Below are positions 1-14,900 of a stretch of 64,000 nucleotides of DNA, one piece after another. The DNA comes from Lingula anatina (lineage: Eukaryota; Animalia; Brachiopoda): the NCBI GenBank assembly GCA_051362555.1, contig CM120640.1:9920001-9984000 (forward strand), given 5' to 3'. The notes below the pieces were generated by a model. That model was not told the origin of the DNA and searched no databases. It saw only the letters and a list, made by a program, of their open reading frames with translations. The translations under genes were made by a program, and so were the position numbers. Numbering within the stretch: position 1 is the stretch's first letter; each line of letters starts with the position of its first letter.

Positions 1-219
1 TTTACACCTGACAGGCTGACAGTGTACTCTTCCTTATATTTCTGGTCATTCTTGTGTTAGGATTGGCATAACAAATTGCTTATCATCTGTTGAAATGTAT
101 TGGAAGGATTTGTATAATTATTATGCAATCTTTTTCTAAGCAATGGGTATTTATTAACTATGGTTGCCAATGATGAAATTCTGATATTAAATCAAATTCA
201 ATTCATTCTTTTAATGTAG

Positions 220-2885
220 AGATGGACCAGTTGAGGTGAAAAGAAAGACTTCAGAAGCAAAGAGAATGCTTGACCTGTGGAAAGAATCTTATCTGGATGT
301 AAGAGCCAAGATAGAGGCATCAGGTCGTGATGCTCGCTGGGAGTTTGACAGAAAGAGACTATTTGAGAGGACAGATTATATGTCCCGAATTTGCCAGGAT
401 CTTCATGATGTAGCACAGGTGAAAAAAAATTACTTCACTGTTTTAGCCAAAAATTCACAAATTAGCAACACTTATTGTTTTTTTATTTGGTGCTAGTGAA
501 GGAGTATGGTAATACTGTAAACAGAACTAAAATACCTGCAGATAATTGTGCTCAACAGGAGCAAAAATTATTGCAACTGTTGATCCTTGCTTATGCTTTT
601 TGTTCCTTATTTCCTAGGTTCTTGAAGAGTTCTACAACATCTTTGGTCCAGAATTGAAAGCAGTTACTGGGGACCCTAAGAGGATAGATGATGTGCTGAA
701 AAGAGTTGATGATTTGGTGAAACCAATTGAAGATGTAAGACAATAATTGTTTATGTGACATGATGATATTTAAACATGTTTGGCCCAGTTTGTTGGTAAC
801 AGTAAATTTATACAACTTTTTCAGAGGAAATATTTTGATTTTTTGTAAAACTTTTTAAATTTCCTTTTAAATTTCTGATCTTTTCCTTTACAGGCCTGTA
901 TATTGCATTTTTAGATCTCTATGCAATTTTTTTTTTTAGCTTTTGTTTATTTTGCATTTATTCTGAAAAAGAGATAAAGAGCATTGTTTTTCTAAATTAT
1001 ATGTACTTCACACCCTCACAGGTGTCCTTCGATCCATTCTCTTTCCGAGAGCAAGATGGCTGGCAGAAGGTGATGAAGTGGTTTCACAGGGAGGTCCAGT
1101 CTATTGAGGAGGAGGCACTCTCTTTTATTGATGAGTCCTTCAAAACTCTGAGGTCTGCAGAGGGAGCATTTGATCTTCTCCTCAAGTTTAAAAACATCCG
1201 CTCCAGAGAAGCTATCAACAATCAGCTTATGCAAAAGTTCAATGATATTTTGATGCAGTATGGAAGAGAGGTTGGTTGCTTAGTTGCTTTACCATGTGCT
1301 TTGCCTAAAGCTACCTTCTTCTATTGATGTTAAGCTTCTCCACAAAGAGTATTTGAATCTCTTTTTGATGAAGAATTTCATTATGTTTTTTATTATTTTT
1401 GTTTAGATATAATCCCTCCTAAAAAAAGAAAGAAAAAAAGAACATGAAATTGAAGACATGGGCTCTTTTTCAGGTTGACATCATGGATTCACTGTTCAGA
1501 GACAACAAGGATTCTCCACCTCTCCATAAAAACCAACCTCCTGTAGCAGGGTCCATCTTCTGGGAGAGAGCATTATTCATCAGGATCAAACAAACCATCA
1601 TCCGCTTCCTTACCATGGATGAAATGATGCAGAGTGACATAGGAAAAGCTGTAAGTGATAAATTTTCTTAAATTGAAATTGCAATGATTGATAATGTCTC
1701 CGCTAATTTATAAAACCGTTAGTACATGAGTAATACAGGTAAAATCCTACTGTTAATAAGAGCATATTCTTCTTCATCTGTATGTCACATATGTATGTTT
1801 CATGGCATGTAAGTGGATTAAGTTATTCCTAATATTTTTTTTCTTTTCAGGCAAGAGCTAAATACCTTAGCGTTGCAAAACAGATGAAGGCTTATGAGGA
1901 CAAGAAATATGAAGAATGGAGAGAAAATGTCGAGCAAGTCCTGCCTGGTTTACTGAAGAGGAATCTATTAGCAAAACCCTCCCAGCAGCAACTGGTTCCC
2001 AGGTCCAGTGAGGGTGAAAGAACAAAAGACACAGGTGAGTTATATTATATGTGTTGGTAATGCAGCTCACTATTGGGAAAAAGGAACATGAGAATGCTGC
2101 TGCTGTGATGATGATGATGATGATGGTAAAGAAGACTTAGGTGAAAAAATGCAACAAGGAAGAAAGCATATGCAAATAGATAGCAAATCTGTGGGCTCCT
2201 AATCCTAATCAGTTGATTTTCATTGAACTCAACCATTATGTTATATATAGATAGATGGGATTCGTGGATGTTGATTAAGATCACCAAATTTACTCACTGA
2301 AGTCCGAAATCACAACTTTATCTTGCATGATTCACTAAGCTGGAAACTTTTACACTTCTGCCTTTTTAAGCATCACAACATTTATAGTTACTTATTCTTG
2401 GCTTGCTTATTGTAATTTCTTCTTGGGATATTTTGCTACAAAATCAAATTATAGAAACCACAATTTTTTAAAATTTGTTGATTAAAAAGCAAGACTAGCT
2501 AATCTCTGTTGTTTTACTATTGCTTTATACATTCAGTTTTTTCATGCTTTATATCTTGCACAATATTTATTGTTGAAATTTTGCTTTTATTTCCTAATTT
2601 TATCATTCAAAAAATCAACTATTATTTTCACACCAGAAAGGCTTATCAGTAAGGTGCTTAATGCTATTTACTAACATAAATTGCATGCTTTCTTATTTCC
2701 TCACAAAGACTCACAGAGTAAAAATACCAGCCAAAGTGGCAGGATATCAATCATGGTGGAAGATAATGGCCAGGTTAAGAAGGGTATGTTTCTGCTCTGA
2801 GATTTCTTTTTTACCCGAAGTCATCAGAGTGTAAATGTGGATATATGTTTGACTCATAAACTCCTCTTTTGATTTGGGCAATCAT

Positions 2886-2916
<31 letters not shown>

Positions 2917-5900
2917 CTTTTTGGTTCATTTATTGTCCAGAAGTGGTAAAATTATATTGTCATCGTATTGTAATGTTGTATTGTCATTGTGTAGTTAAGA
3001 GTTGTAATAATTTATTCCACCATTTTGTCTAATTGAAATGATATTATTTGATATTAACAATTGCAATTTATACTTTTTTCTAATATTTATTACACTTTGG
3101 TTTACTTTAGTTAACTGGTGTAAAATATTTGTAAAAATAAAGTGTTAAGCAATTAATTTGCCAAAATTTTACAAAACGTTGCATCTCATGAGATATCAGA
3201 ATTTGAAATGTGTGACTAAGTGCTATTTGATGTTAACTAACAACAAGCCATGTGAATTTGAATGCTTATGCCTAAAGAACTTAATTAATACTTTACTTGG
3301 GATATGCCATTAAATGCTTGTTGTCTGTCAGCCAATACAACCCTATGTTTTATTTAAATTGGCTTATAATAACAAAATTTTGTTGTGTGCTTTTTAACAC
3401 ATTAGCCGAGATACGCTCAGCAACTCCTAAACAGGAAGAACAAGGTAGTGACATTAATGCTTCCAAACAATTTGTGTGGGTGATATACTACATTGTATGA
3501 TGCTTTGAATTGCACATTTGAAAAGCCAGCAGAGTGCTTGTGCTTTATGTATTGGTGCTTTTTATTTTAAACTTAATTTTTCTGGTGTGTCTGTGCTAAA
3601 AAAACATACCTTATTGGTCATTTTGATGGACCTTGCACTATATTTTTCCTTCTGCACTTTTTATATTTTTAAGAGCTGATATTTCTAAAGAGTATTTTTT
3701 TTTCTTTTATCATGAATAATCTGTACGTAATGATTCTTCCTCTTACAGTTATTTAATATTTTCTAATTACCACTGTTATAACTTCAGTGTGCACTAGAAG
3801 ATGTGGTTGGTGGTTTCTTTTCAGTGGTGCTGTGCTATGTCTTTTGTTTTTGACTAATTGGAAAGAACAACAATATTTGCCGTAACAGTTGTTTGCTGTG
3901 ATGCAATTTTAAAATAACTATGAAGGAGCAAATTGGTCTTTCTAAATGAATGGCTTTTTATGGACTTGTACTGTGTTGCCTTAATGTGTAATTGACAATA
4001 CATTTTATAGCTTGAATGTTTTAAGCTTTTGCTTTGTATGCTTAAGTGATTGATGTTTTTATTAAAAAATAATTTATTTTGTGACAGTTGCAGTGGTAAA
4101 TGATTTTATTGATACTCATTCTCTAATTCAAACATTGTTGCATGTGTTTCAGCAAAGCATTAAGTATCACCCTTTTATGCTCACAATATTCCTTTGGGTT
4201 TATAGGTACTCAGTACGAAGTGAAGTATATTGTGGATTATGACCCACAGCTAGCAGAGATAGTCTCAGAAACCAAGTACATGGAGCAACTGGGTTTTGCT
4301 GTGCCAGAACTGGCCAGAAATGTTGCACTGCAGGTGAAAAGGATATATTCTTTTCAAACTTTTGTATTGATATTTTGATTGGTTTGTCAGTTACTTAATC
4401 CAAAACTGTAAAATCTCATTTGAGGTTCACATTATAAAAATGCCTGTAATTGCCCAAGTTACAGTTGGTCTATATATTGTGTTTCTCATCTATCTTTTTA
4501 CCAGAAACTTGTATTGTTCAGGATGTTGGAGATATAAATTTATTGACATGAACTTGAAATGAAAAATTTTCATAAGAAAAATGGCTTAAATTTATTTGTT
4601 GACAATGATAATGAATGTCTTATAAATAAGAAACTCACTGCTTAATACATCCAATAGTATTATGTGTTTTATTTTATTTTTCAGGAGGAAAAATACATCA
4701 AGTATGTGGATGGACTAAATCACATGCTTACCAGATATCACCAGTTGTTGGGATCTCTTGATCAGGCTGAGGTGGGGAACACTCCCATTCTGAAGTTTCA
4801 CTGAATTTTGAATTTGGTCATTTTAAAGTTATCATGAATCATTCTATAAGAAAGACAGTGCTATAGCCTCCAGAAGTTACAGAAATGAACACTATTTCCC
4901 ACATGTGGTATAAAACTTAGGTTTGTCATGGTTTGATTCAATACTATAATCCAGTTTAGCAGCTCAAGAAATAACTTATTATAAGTACACAGTTCATGTC
5001 AATTAAAACCTGATTTCAAAATTAATACATGCATATATCTGATGCCCCTTTTCATCTAAAGAGTGCATATTATTCCAGACTATCTTGCTGGAGCATCATA
5101 TGAAAGAACTGAGGCGAGTTATTCGTCCAGGATCCAAGAGACTCAACTGGAACTCTCTGGGAATCTTTGACTTTGTTGCTAAGTGCAATGGTGTAAGTAA
5201 ATACAACACTTTGTTTGATGAATCACCAAACTAATGCTAAATAGATATTAAACTTGCATTTTTACTTCCAACTTGACAACATTGTAATTTATATCGTCAT
5301 ATTTGTTTTGTTGTTCTTATTGTTGTCATATAAACCACTATATTGCATATGGTTTTATCATGTACTTAAAAACATTGTAGGCTATTAGCAAGTTTGAGTC
5401 ATTGGTGAACCAGATTCAGAAGAATGCGGCAGACATCAACCAGAGACTCAAAATGGTTGAAGAGACCAACCTTTTCAAATGTCCTCCCCCAAAATTCGAG
5501 GATGTGCTGCCTAGCTGCAAGGTGAGACTCTGAAAACGTTTTATGTTTATGTCTCATGTAATCTTTGATTCTTAGTGCTCTGCAGATGTGTGTTTTGATG
5601 AAAAAGATGTTATGTATTTTTATGGTAAATGTTCTTTTTTGACTGTCATGAAATATTCCTTTTAGAATTATGAAAAATTTTAATTGGTAGTTTATTTCAA
5701 AAGTGTTACTTTTATATTGAATCTGAAGCAGATAAAAATATCAGATAAAAAAGTAAAAAATAATTTTTATTTGTCATTTTGCAGGAATTTTTTGAGTATA
5801 TTGAAAGAGAACGTGCCAAAGATTTTGAAGTCCTAGCAAGAAAGTATAGAGCTATAGGTCCTTTGTTGACCAAGATGGAAGGCTTGGTTGTTCATACAAA

Positions 5901-8900
5901 TACAGGGAGATCGCCTAAGCTACGACAGTATTATTCCTACTGGGAGAGGAGAGTGTATGACTCACTAAACAAGGTAAAGATAAAGCATTTGATTGATGTA
6001 TTTCTTAAACTTTAGTCTGTTAACTTATGTTAACTTCATGAAAGTTCTTAAACTGAGAATATTTCAAAAGAACCAATATTATAATGAATATTTGCTCTTT
6101 TCTTCAGCTGATCATCAATAACCTGAAGGCCTTCAACATGGCGGTGGTGAACCCAGTGGCACTGTTCCAGGTGCAGACCCTGCTGGCAGCACCAGATGTT
6201 GTCTTACATCCAGCTACCAATGAGATCTACAAACTTACTCTGCAGAGTGTCCGTGATTGTGCTGAGGGGTATGAACAAAAAACTTGTATTTTATCCATTT
6301 TACCTGTGTGTGATCAAATACTTCAAATGAATTCTGTAATCTTATTAATATATTATTATAGAAGTTTGATAGCTGATGTTTCAAGTGTTTATGATATTAG
6401 TCCCCTCATGCTCATAAAAATGAATAACACTTTCTTAGGACCAAGAATTTTGTGCGCTGGATGGATGGTACGTGCATAGAAGCTCCGCCTCAGAAAATCC
6501 CAGGAGAAGATGAGCCATATGTCTTCACCTTCTTCTCTGATATCTCCACAAACCCAGAAATCATAGAACTAGTGGGAGTGATTCAGGGCAACATGAAAAA
6601 CATACTGACAGATCTACAGAGGTATCTCTTCAAGTGGAAGGGATATAAGGGAATCTGGCACATGGAAAAGGTATTTCAGATATTTACTCAGCTTTCATTT
6701 TTTTTCACAGTTAATCATATCAAATATACTTATTATTATTATTATAATTATCATGATGATATAATAATAATGATAGTACTTATCCAGCCAATTTAGTATA
6801 CATAACCTACAGATAAGTACAAATTATTTTACTGACCCAGAAGAATAAAAAGTGAAAAGGTTTCACAGTTACATGTTTAACTTTTAATGAAAAGAAAATG
6901 CGATGGAAAAAAAACTTTTAAAACCCAATCAAACATATGACATGATTTTGTTTTACCTTGCAGGTTGCCAAAGCAGAGAGGTGGTTGCAGAAAGACCCCA
7001 GTGTGGTGGCCTACGATGACCGACTCCAGTATTATCACAAGGTTATGGAGGATGTGGCCAACCAGCCGCTGATCAAGGACCAGATGTGTATCAGACTGGT
7101 CATGGAACCACTGGCACATTCCATTAAGGACCACTGTAAGCAATGGATTGACCTCATTGGGAAATTGCTGCAGGATTCTGCTAAGAGCAGTCTGTACAGT
7201 CTCAAAGAAGAGTTGGAGGTGAGTTTATTAAATTTACCTATTGCATATGTAATAGATGATGGATTTATTCATTATGTTATGGTTGTGCAATATAATTTCA
7301 TATTACAACACTATGAATAAGATGAACCATTCCAAATACCAGTCAAAGTTGGTATTCCTTTTACTCTGTTAATACAATACCTGAATAAGACAATGTATCC
7401 ATCTTAAGGACTGCTGCATTTTTTTTCTCTGTCTTTAAGCTTAGATTAAAATAGTGATGATTTAAAAATCATGGCAGAACTGCTGGTGTTTTACAGAAAT
7501 ATGCTTGCTGCAGTGCCATATATGTCATTTTTACAGAAAAAATCTGACGACCTAGAGCGTCCCCCAGAGACTCTTGAAGATCTGAAGTTTGTGCTAGGAA
7601 TTATGGCTGAAATTAAGGACAGGTCTCTGGAGATAGAAAACAGGATTGTGGATATTAAGGAGAAATACAGAACCCTTGGCATGTACAAGCTAGAGGTAAT
7701 GAACCTTTTAAATTTTTTAAATTTACAGATTTCATTGTAGTTGACTTGTGTTGAATAGAAGGTAGTGCTCATTTTAGCAGGTATATTTATTTATTTATGT
7801 ATTGTCAATTAAATTTATCTCCCATTAACTCATTTTAGACCACAGAGGAAGAGACCACCCTTGTGGCCTCTTTGAAGGACATGTGGAATGACCTTGTCTT
7901 CAAGTCCAAGAATGTAGATGCTGGACTTGTGGTTGTCAAAAAGAAATTTACAGAGGTAAAAAAATTAATAATATAAGTAGCAATAATATTCATGTAATTT
8001 AAAATTCAATTAAGTTATTTGAATATGCAAATAGTAATAGCATATCAGATATTTCTGAGTTGTCCTTGGAATACATTGTTATGTTTTAGTAATAAAAGAA
8101 TTTAATTTTAATTAATTAAGAAATTGATTTTGGTCATGGATTTTTATATGGCAACAGTTGGTACTAAATATTTATACATGTGAGTTAACTATGTTCTTGT
8201 TTTATTAAATTTTTGTTGTGAAAACATTCTTGCTTTTTACAGCCAATTTATTCCCTTATTTCAGATAACACTGGAACAAATCAAAGAGTTTGCCAAGACA
8301 TTGAACAGCTTTGCTGAACGTTTCCACATGGAGGGACCAGGAGCTTCTGGCAAAGATCTAGACAAAGGTAAGTGCTGATGTTAGAAGTGGAACTGTAAAA
8401 ATGTTTCAGTTTAAATCAGAGAAAAGGCAAACAGCATTTTGTATCATAATTCTGATTTTGATATTGTGTGTATCATTTGCAATCATTTTTCTGTTGTAGG
8501 TAACTTTGAATGTTCTTGCTTTAAAACTAACTCAAGCATAAAATTTGTTGATTGCCTCTTGTTTAATTATTTCCTTCAGTACTGTAGCAGTAGTTGTTGT
8601 CAAGTCATGAATTTATTTTTAAAACTGTTGAATTTACCTTTAAAGGTGTTGAACTAATGAAGCAGTACAGAGAAGAAGTGGCCAAGTTTGAGGCTGATCG
8701 TCAGGAGCTTGCCAATGCAGAGAAGCTGTTTGACCTGCCAATTACTTCCTACCCAGAACTACTCCAGGTCCATAAAGACATGAAAGGACTGGAACAAATC
8801 TATCAAATTTATTTGGACCAGAAAGTATGTGGTGTGAAGCTTTGCCAAACAATTTAGATTCCATCATGAGACTCTAGTTTTGACAATAAATACTTGTGAT

Positions 8901-11900
8901 ATACAGTGACTTTATGATATTATTATTAATATACATTGTACCTTTTAAGGTGAAGTTTTAATGCATGGCCTGTTGTATAATGAACATATTTGTAGATGCT
9001 TAGAATTGGATGGCAATGCATATTTCAATTGGTTTATTGTCCATGTTGAAAGATGTGCTAGGATTCCAACCAATTGACATTGATCTAAAATATGACGTTT
9101 TAATTAATTAAAAAGACATTGAACACTATATGTCATAATAGATTGACCTTATCTATATTTCTCTCTAGGCTGCCAGAGAGCAGTGGTCAGAACAGCTGTG
9201 GGCCAACCTGAATGTCACCCTCCTACAGGATGGTATAGAGAACTACCTCAAGGCCCTTAGGAAACTTCCACGAGAGATACGCAACATGCCAGTGGCCAGA
9301 GCCGTAGATGAGAAGATGAAAGCTTTCAGGGACTCGCTTCCATTGTTTGTGGATCTCAAGCATGAAGCTCTGAGAGAAAGGTGTGTTAAAATGTGCTTGT
9401 TTTGTAGTTATTCTCAATGTCTGTTGGAAATTGTCAAACATGGTTCTTAGTTAAGATAGATGTACAGTTTAAACTGGGGCACAAAAGTAACATGCTCCCT
9501 TATAGCTTTTAGAAGTCACTTTATTATTTCATTATTTTGCACTGATAGCTTAGTCTCTCAATCACTTATAATTAAGCATCCATGAAAAATTACCTTATAA
9601 CTGCAGTGGGTTTTTTTTTCAAAGTGCACATTCTTGAAATGTTTTATTGTATTTCAGACATTGGAAGGAGTTGATGACTAAGACTGGTCAGAATTTTGAC
9701 ATGAACCCAGAAACTTTCACCCTGGCCAATATCTTTGCCATGGAGCTGGAGAGGTTCCAGGAGACCATTGGTGAAATTGTCACCTGTGCTACAAAGGAGT
9801 TGAGCATTGAAAAGGTGGGAAAGATTGCTATATAGTTTTAACTTAATTTTATAGCATTGTTGTTGAAAGCATTTTAAGCCAGTACATAGTGTTGCTTAAG
9901 TGAAAAAATATAAAAAGTTTTCATCATTTATTTTATGTAAAAATTATTTCATCTCAGTTAATCATCACATGTGCATTTAACACTAATGGCATGTTTGGTA
10001 AATTGCACCATAATTACCTCCAATTTAATATAGTCACCATGCAAATGTCTCCTGTTTGCACATCAAATTGGTGCATTTAATATTCATATTGTTTTACTTT
10101 ATTCATAATAACTATGACTATGTCTTTGTAAACCAGGGTGTGAAAGAGGTTGAGGAAACCTGGGGCAGCAATGGTATGAAGTTCACAGTGACTAAGTACA
10201 TGAAGGGGACATCAGATCGTGGCTGGATCCTGGGAGCTGTGGATGAAGTGGTGCAGTTCCTGGATGATAATGCTATGAATCTACAGAGTATGTCTGCCTC
10301 CAGGTTCATAGGCCCCTTCATGAATGCAGTACAGAACTGGGAGAAGAGCTTGTCACATATCAGTGAAGTGCTAGATGTAAGTTGATTTAACCAGGGTGTT
10401 TTATGTATTAATTTTTTTTCTTTTTTTTTTTAAGACAGAATATGCCTTTGTGCACCTGTTAGGGAATTTCAACAAAGCATGTATTTATATAAACATTGAA
10501 TGAATGCAATTTTTCTTTTGAATTTGTTTTCTGCAAGAGAAAGTTTAGAAAGGAGTAAAAAGTGCTTCTTAACTAATTTTTAAAAAATTCACAAATTTGT
10601 TATCTGTTGAAGTTTTTTTGAAGCATTAATTAATTTGATTGACCTGGCTGTATTTAGGTATGGATGGTGGTACAGAGGAAGTGGATGTACCTGGAAGGTA
10701 TCTTCATTGGAGGTGATATCAGGTCACAGCTGCCTGAGGAAGCCAAGAAGTTTGATCAGTTAGACAAAACTTTCAAAAAGGTGAGCAGAACTACAATCTG
10801 ACATAGCGTGTAAATCTGGCCATGCAAGGCTGGGTTCATGAAAGTCTAGATTAAGTGTAAAAATGTGATAAGTAGCAGACAGAAAATCTGCATCTGTTGA
10901 AAGCAGGAATGTAAAGATTTTTTAAAGAGCACAGTGCAGGCTTTATGGTACTGTTTATGTCAGATGTATTTCACCAAAGACTGAACTTTGTCAAGCGAAT
11001 TCTCACTATTGCCTTATTTTTTATCATTCAGATCATGACAGAAACGGCTAAGAATCCCAACATCAAACAAAGCTGTCATGCCCAGAACCGTCTTCAAGAG
11101 CTCCAGATGATCAGTGCAGGGTTGGAGAAGTGTCAGAAATCCCTGAATGACTATCTGGATTCCAAGAGGAATGCCTTCCCCAGATTCTTCTTCATCTCAG
11201 ATGATGAACTGCTAAGTATTCTGGGCAGTAGTGACCCAGAGTGTGTACAAGAACACATGATTAAGGTGAGTGTGTGAGTGAGAAAAAAAAAAGAAACTGG
11301 ACAATCTATCCATCATACAAGAAGACTCAGTGTCTATGTGTTTGGGGACATTTCACATTTGGAAATATTCTTTGGCATATTTTAGTGATTGAAGGTTTTT
11401 ATTGATTTTCAATTTGAATGTGAACATGTTACTTTAATATTTGTCATTGAGGATATTAATGTAACCTTACTCCATCCATTTCAGATGTTTGACAACATTG
11501 CTTCCCTGCAGTTCAGTAAAGGCAGTAACAACGAGATGAGTGCCTTGGCCATGGTGTCTGCTGAGAAAGAGATCATGGAGTTCCGCACAGCTGTGGCTGC
11601 TGAAGGAAGGGTGGAAGACTGGATGACAGAAGTACTGGCAGAGATGAGAAAGACCAACAGGCTCATTACAAAGGAAGCCATATTCATGTATGGTTTGGAT
11701 GGCAAGTCAAGGTGAGATTTCATGGTATATGTTTGTATTTGTAAAGGCGAGACATTAAGAAGAGATGAATATGTGTTTTTTTTTTTCATGTAGCAGCAGT
11801 TATTGCAGATTCACCAACTGAACAGACAACCATGCTTATGAAATAAGATTAACAATATTTAAAACTTTTTTGTGCACCCTTCTTAGAGCTGATGTCAAAA

Positions 11901-14900
11901 AGTTACAAAGATTTTGATAAATAAGGGGACACTTTTGATGATACTGTTGATGGTTGTGTCCTAAAATACCCCTGTGTTTTCAGGGTGTTGTGGATGATGG
12001 ACTACCAGGGTATGGTGTGTCTGGCTGGGAACCAGGTCTGGTGGACATGGGAGACTGAAGATGTCTTCAGGAAGATAAAGAAAGGAAACAAGACTGCTCT
12101 CAAAGATTATGCCAAGAAAATGCACAAACAGATTGATGATCTTGTAGTGCAGGTGAGTTTTGTTCTCTTTTATATCATTTGGTGTTCAGTCTTTTGACTA
12201 CCAGTGGGATATGTAAGCTTAATGTGTCAGTCTTTATAACATTTGATGTACACTAGTTCTTCAGGAGACATTTCTCATCCAAATGGCTCTCTACATAAAG
12301 GATGATTTTCAGTCAGGTGTAAAAAAAAATTAGTAAAAAAAACTTACTTGGATTTTCATTTCTGTCTTCCAGGTTCGTTCGCCTTTGTCCAAGAATGACC
12401 GTGCCAAGTTTAACACAGTACTTATCATTGATGTCCACGCCAGAGATATCATTGATGGATTTGTGAGAGACAGGTAATGTATTTAGTGTTACATAAGTTT
12501 TCCAGATAGTTGAATGCTGTTACCTTGTGTTATTTTCCCTGAAAGTAGAAACCTTTCTTAGGTATTAATACTCAAATGGCTTCATTCAGTTTATTTTATT
12601 TTAGTAATTTTTCATTAGATATAAAAGTCAGATAACACCTAGTTGATATACTGTTATTTTCAATTCTTAAAACTGTTACTTATCCCTTTTATTTTTCTGT
12701 TACAGTATTATGGATGCCAGAGAGTTTGAGTGGGAAAGTCAGCTGAAGTTTTACTGGGAGAAGGAGCCTGATGAACTGCTGGTTCGGCAGTGTACTGGAG
12801 AGTTTGGATATGGTTATGAATACATGGGTCTGAATGGAAGACTTGTGATCACACCTCTTACTGATCGTATCTATCTTACTCTGACACAGGTAAACATGTG
12901 TGCACACACCTCTTTAATCTGTGTATATTATTATCAGTGTTTATAAAATTATTCTGTCTGATTGTTCCAGATAAATATCAACACAGACAACGTGATGAGT
13001 TTATTTGCATTTTAACTTTCTCCATATATCAAGATAAGGATTTTCTACAGAATTAATAAATTAAGAAAACAAAGGAATCTTTTTCAGATAGTAGGTGCTA
13101 TACCAATTCTGCCTTTCGTGGGTATCATCTTAAACTTTATTGTTGTATTTTCAGGCCTTGTCTATGCAGCTGGGAGGTGCCCCTGCAGGTCCAGCAGGGA
13201 CTGGGAAGACAGAGAGTACCAAGGATCTGGCCAAAGCTCTGGGCTTACTGTGTGTAGTCACCAACTGTGGAGAGGGTATGGATTATAAGGTAAGATAGTG
13301 TTTTTATCCATGTTTATTTAATGACTGTTCTTGTATATTTTTGTTTTTGCATAATGTTTTTATTTCATAGCAATATTATGGACATGATAGATAAATTTTA
13401 CCTAAGATAGGAAAATTCTTGCCAGTGTTTATTTAAATGATCTATACATGGCTAAGTCAGACACTTTTATATGACCAAGTTTGTGGTGGATGGACACTTA
13501 TACACTCAGTTATCTTTATTTTTTCTCTACATTTAAGGCTGTTGGTAAGATCTTCTCTGGTCTGTGCCAGTGTGGTGCCTGGGGCTGTTTTGATGAGTTC
13601 AACCGTATTGATGTCTCTGTGCTGTCTGTGATCTCAACACAGCTCAAGACAATTCAGAATGCACTCATTCTCAAGCTCAAGAAGTTCCATGTGAGTATCA
13701 AATGATTTCTGTTTTGTGCAGGACCATATTAGACAAAATTTTATATTCATATGTTGATATATGATGGCATTAGTCTCATAGCTTCACAGCAGATAATCAA
13801 AAAAGATAGTAGCTAAAAGTTTTTTTTATAGATTCTTGTCCTGAAAATATCTGCATTATTTGTATGTTTGTTAATTTGTATTTTCTATTTTTCTTCAAAA
13901 ATTTTACAGTCCAGCATTTTACAGATAATAATCAAAATCAAATGCCATTACTGTAATCAGTTGCTTCTCTTTCCATTATAGTTTGAAGGTCAGGAGATTG
14001 CTATGGACTCTCGTATGGGGATTTTTATCACCATGAACCCTGGCTATGCAGGGCGCACAGAGCTGCCAGAGTCTGTCAAAGCTCTGTTCAGACCTGTGGT
14101 GGTCATTGTCCCTGATCTCCAGCAGATCTGTGAAATTATGTTGTTCTCAGAAGGATTCCTTTTGGCTAAGGTACGAGGTTGCCTCATGAAATTTATAATG
14201 TTTTATTTTTACTTTTCAACACATTATTATGCTTAATTAGAGAAAAAGGGAATGTATAAGTTTGCATTTGCAGTTATGAAAAATGAACAGTGAATTTTGG
14301 ACAATTGAGTTATTTTTTTGTAATTTGGCTTTAACACTTTATCAAATATGAAAACAAATATTCAAGATTACTCTGTTGAAAATTAGATATTATGAGGTAT
14401 GAAATGATATTAAAATGTTTTATCTTTTAGATCTTAGCCAAGAAGATGACAGTGTTGTACAAGCTGTCAAAGGAGCAGTTGTCCAAGCAGTATCATTATG
14501 ACTTTGGTCTGAGAGCTCTCAAGTCTGTATTGGTCATGGCAGGAGAACTGAAGAGAGGATCCCCAGATCTACAGGAGGTATGGTGACCAGACTAGCTTTT
14601 TATTATAAAAAAGCATTATAACTTAAAGAATGACTCCTTGTGCTGATCACCCTATATATGACAGCTGGTGCTAAACAGAAAAAAGAAACAATGTGTTCTG
14701 TTTACAGTTCTTTAATCCTTTGATATTGACCATCTTTTAAAACATTGTATTTTAATTTTTTGGCTGATCTTTAATTGTTGATTATTTTCCTTGTGTGTTT
14801 TTGGACATTTCTAACTGTTTCTTCAAAATCTTTGCTTCCAGGATGTTGTGTTAATGAGAGCTCTGCGTGACATGAACTTGCCCAAGTTTGTGTATGAAGA

